In this document: one piece after another, positions 63,889-64,000 of the stretch
Layout: each line of letters starts with the position of its first letter
Numbering within the stretch: position 1 is the first letter of the stretch
Virus record (IMG/VR): IMGVR_UViG_3300016675_000632
Span: 1,010 to 65,009 of that record
DNA length: 64,000 bases
Source of the DNA: a virus
Direction: 5' to 3' (one strand)
Position numbers and translations under genes: made by a program
Notes under the pieces: generated by a model
Told to the model about the DNA's origin: nothing
Databases searched by the model: none
Seen by the model: only the letters and a program-made list of their open reading frames with translations

Positions 63889-64000
63889 TTATTTTTGCTT
63901 TTTGTATTTTGAGTAATTTTTAGGTTGCAATATATAGGGCGGGCTATTGCTATCTACCAATGTGGGGCAACAAAATAGCGGGTTTTTGAGTGCTACTCTT
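63889..64000 (-). CDS. C-terminal fragment of a paralog of 1605-2204 (start lies beyond the window)
   Basis: Translates RVALKNPLFCCPTLVDSNSPPYILQPKNYSKYKKQK*. Confidence 0.85.
   Translation of the reverse strand, partial: RVALKNPLFCCPTLVDSNSPPYILQPKNYSKYKKQK

Noticed and set aside
1-64000. Genome-wide genetic code 4
   Set aside because: Essentially all other genes are complete under code 11 and use TGG for Trp; the evidence supports at most local or partial UGA recoding.
1-64000. CRISPR array, diversity-generating retroelement, IS/transposase, integrase/att site, introns or inteins
   Set aside because: I saw no regularly spaced repeats, RT (YxDD), DDE, tyrosine or serine recombinase motifs, TR/VR pairs, or interruptions in terL, portal or capsid.

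Overview
The window is almost entirely one tailed-phage genome with a siphovirus-type gene set. The host is probably in Bacteroidota, judged from TAnnTTTG/-33 TTG promoters, AT-rich translation starts without Shine-Dalgarno sites, and the portal, tail tube and adaptor family motifs. There are five transcription blocks. (1) 1-12167 (-): early and accessory genes, an exonuclease plus recombinase pair, and many small membrane proteins. (2) 12519-33002 (+): three tRNAs with structured non-coding RNA, a replication initiator with internal iterons, methyltransferase fragments, Gp37/68 and a MazG-like enzyme. (3) 33108-43009 (-): protease, scaffold, capsid, tail tube, portal, adaptor and lysis genes. 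(4) 43283-55165 (+): tail genes and tape measure. (5) 55205-64000 (-): terminase, a ParB-methyltransferase and a membrane-protein cassette. I recognised no integrase, repressor, polymerase, helicase, CRISPR array or reverse transcriptase. The strongest unexpected signals are translational recoding. Two distant paralogous 4-TM/coiled-coil genes (573-1571 and 62782-63861) each end in a canonical -1 slippery heptamer directly before the stop, leading into a long -1 frame extension. A ParB-DNA methyltransferase gene (57496-58950) is intact except for three in-frame TGA codons. Other signals are a 10-site (T)GCAAC-N16/17-CGTA promoter-like motif resembling ECF-sigma promoters, a triplicated ~140-bp promoter cassette, unannotated structured RNAs between the tRNAs, and an attenuator-like leader before the replication gene. 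All calls are by eye, with no database searches.
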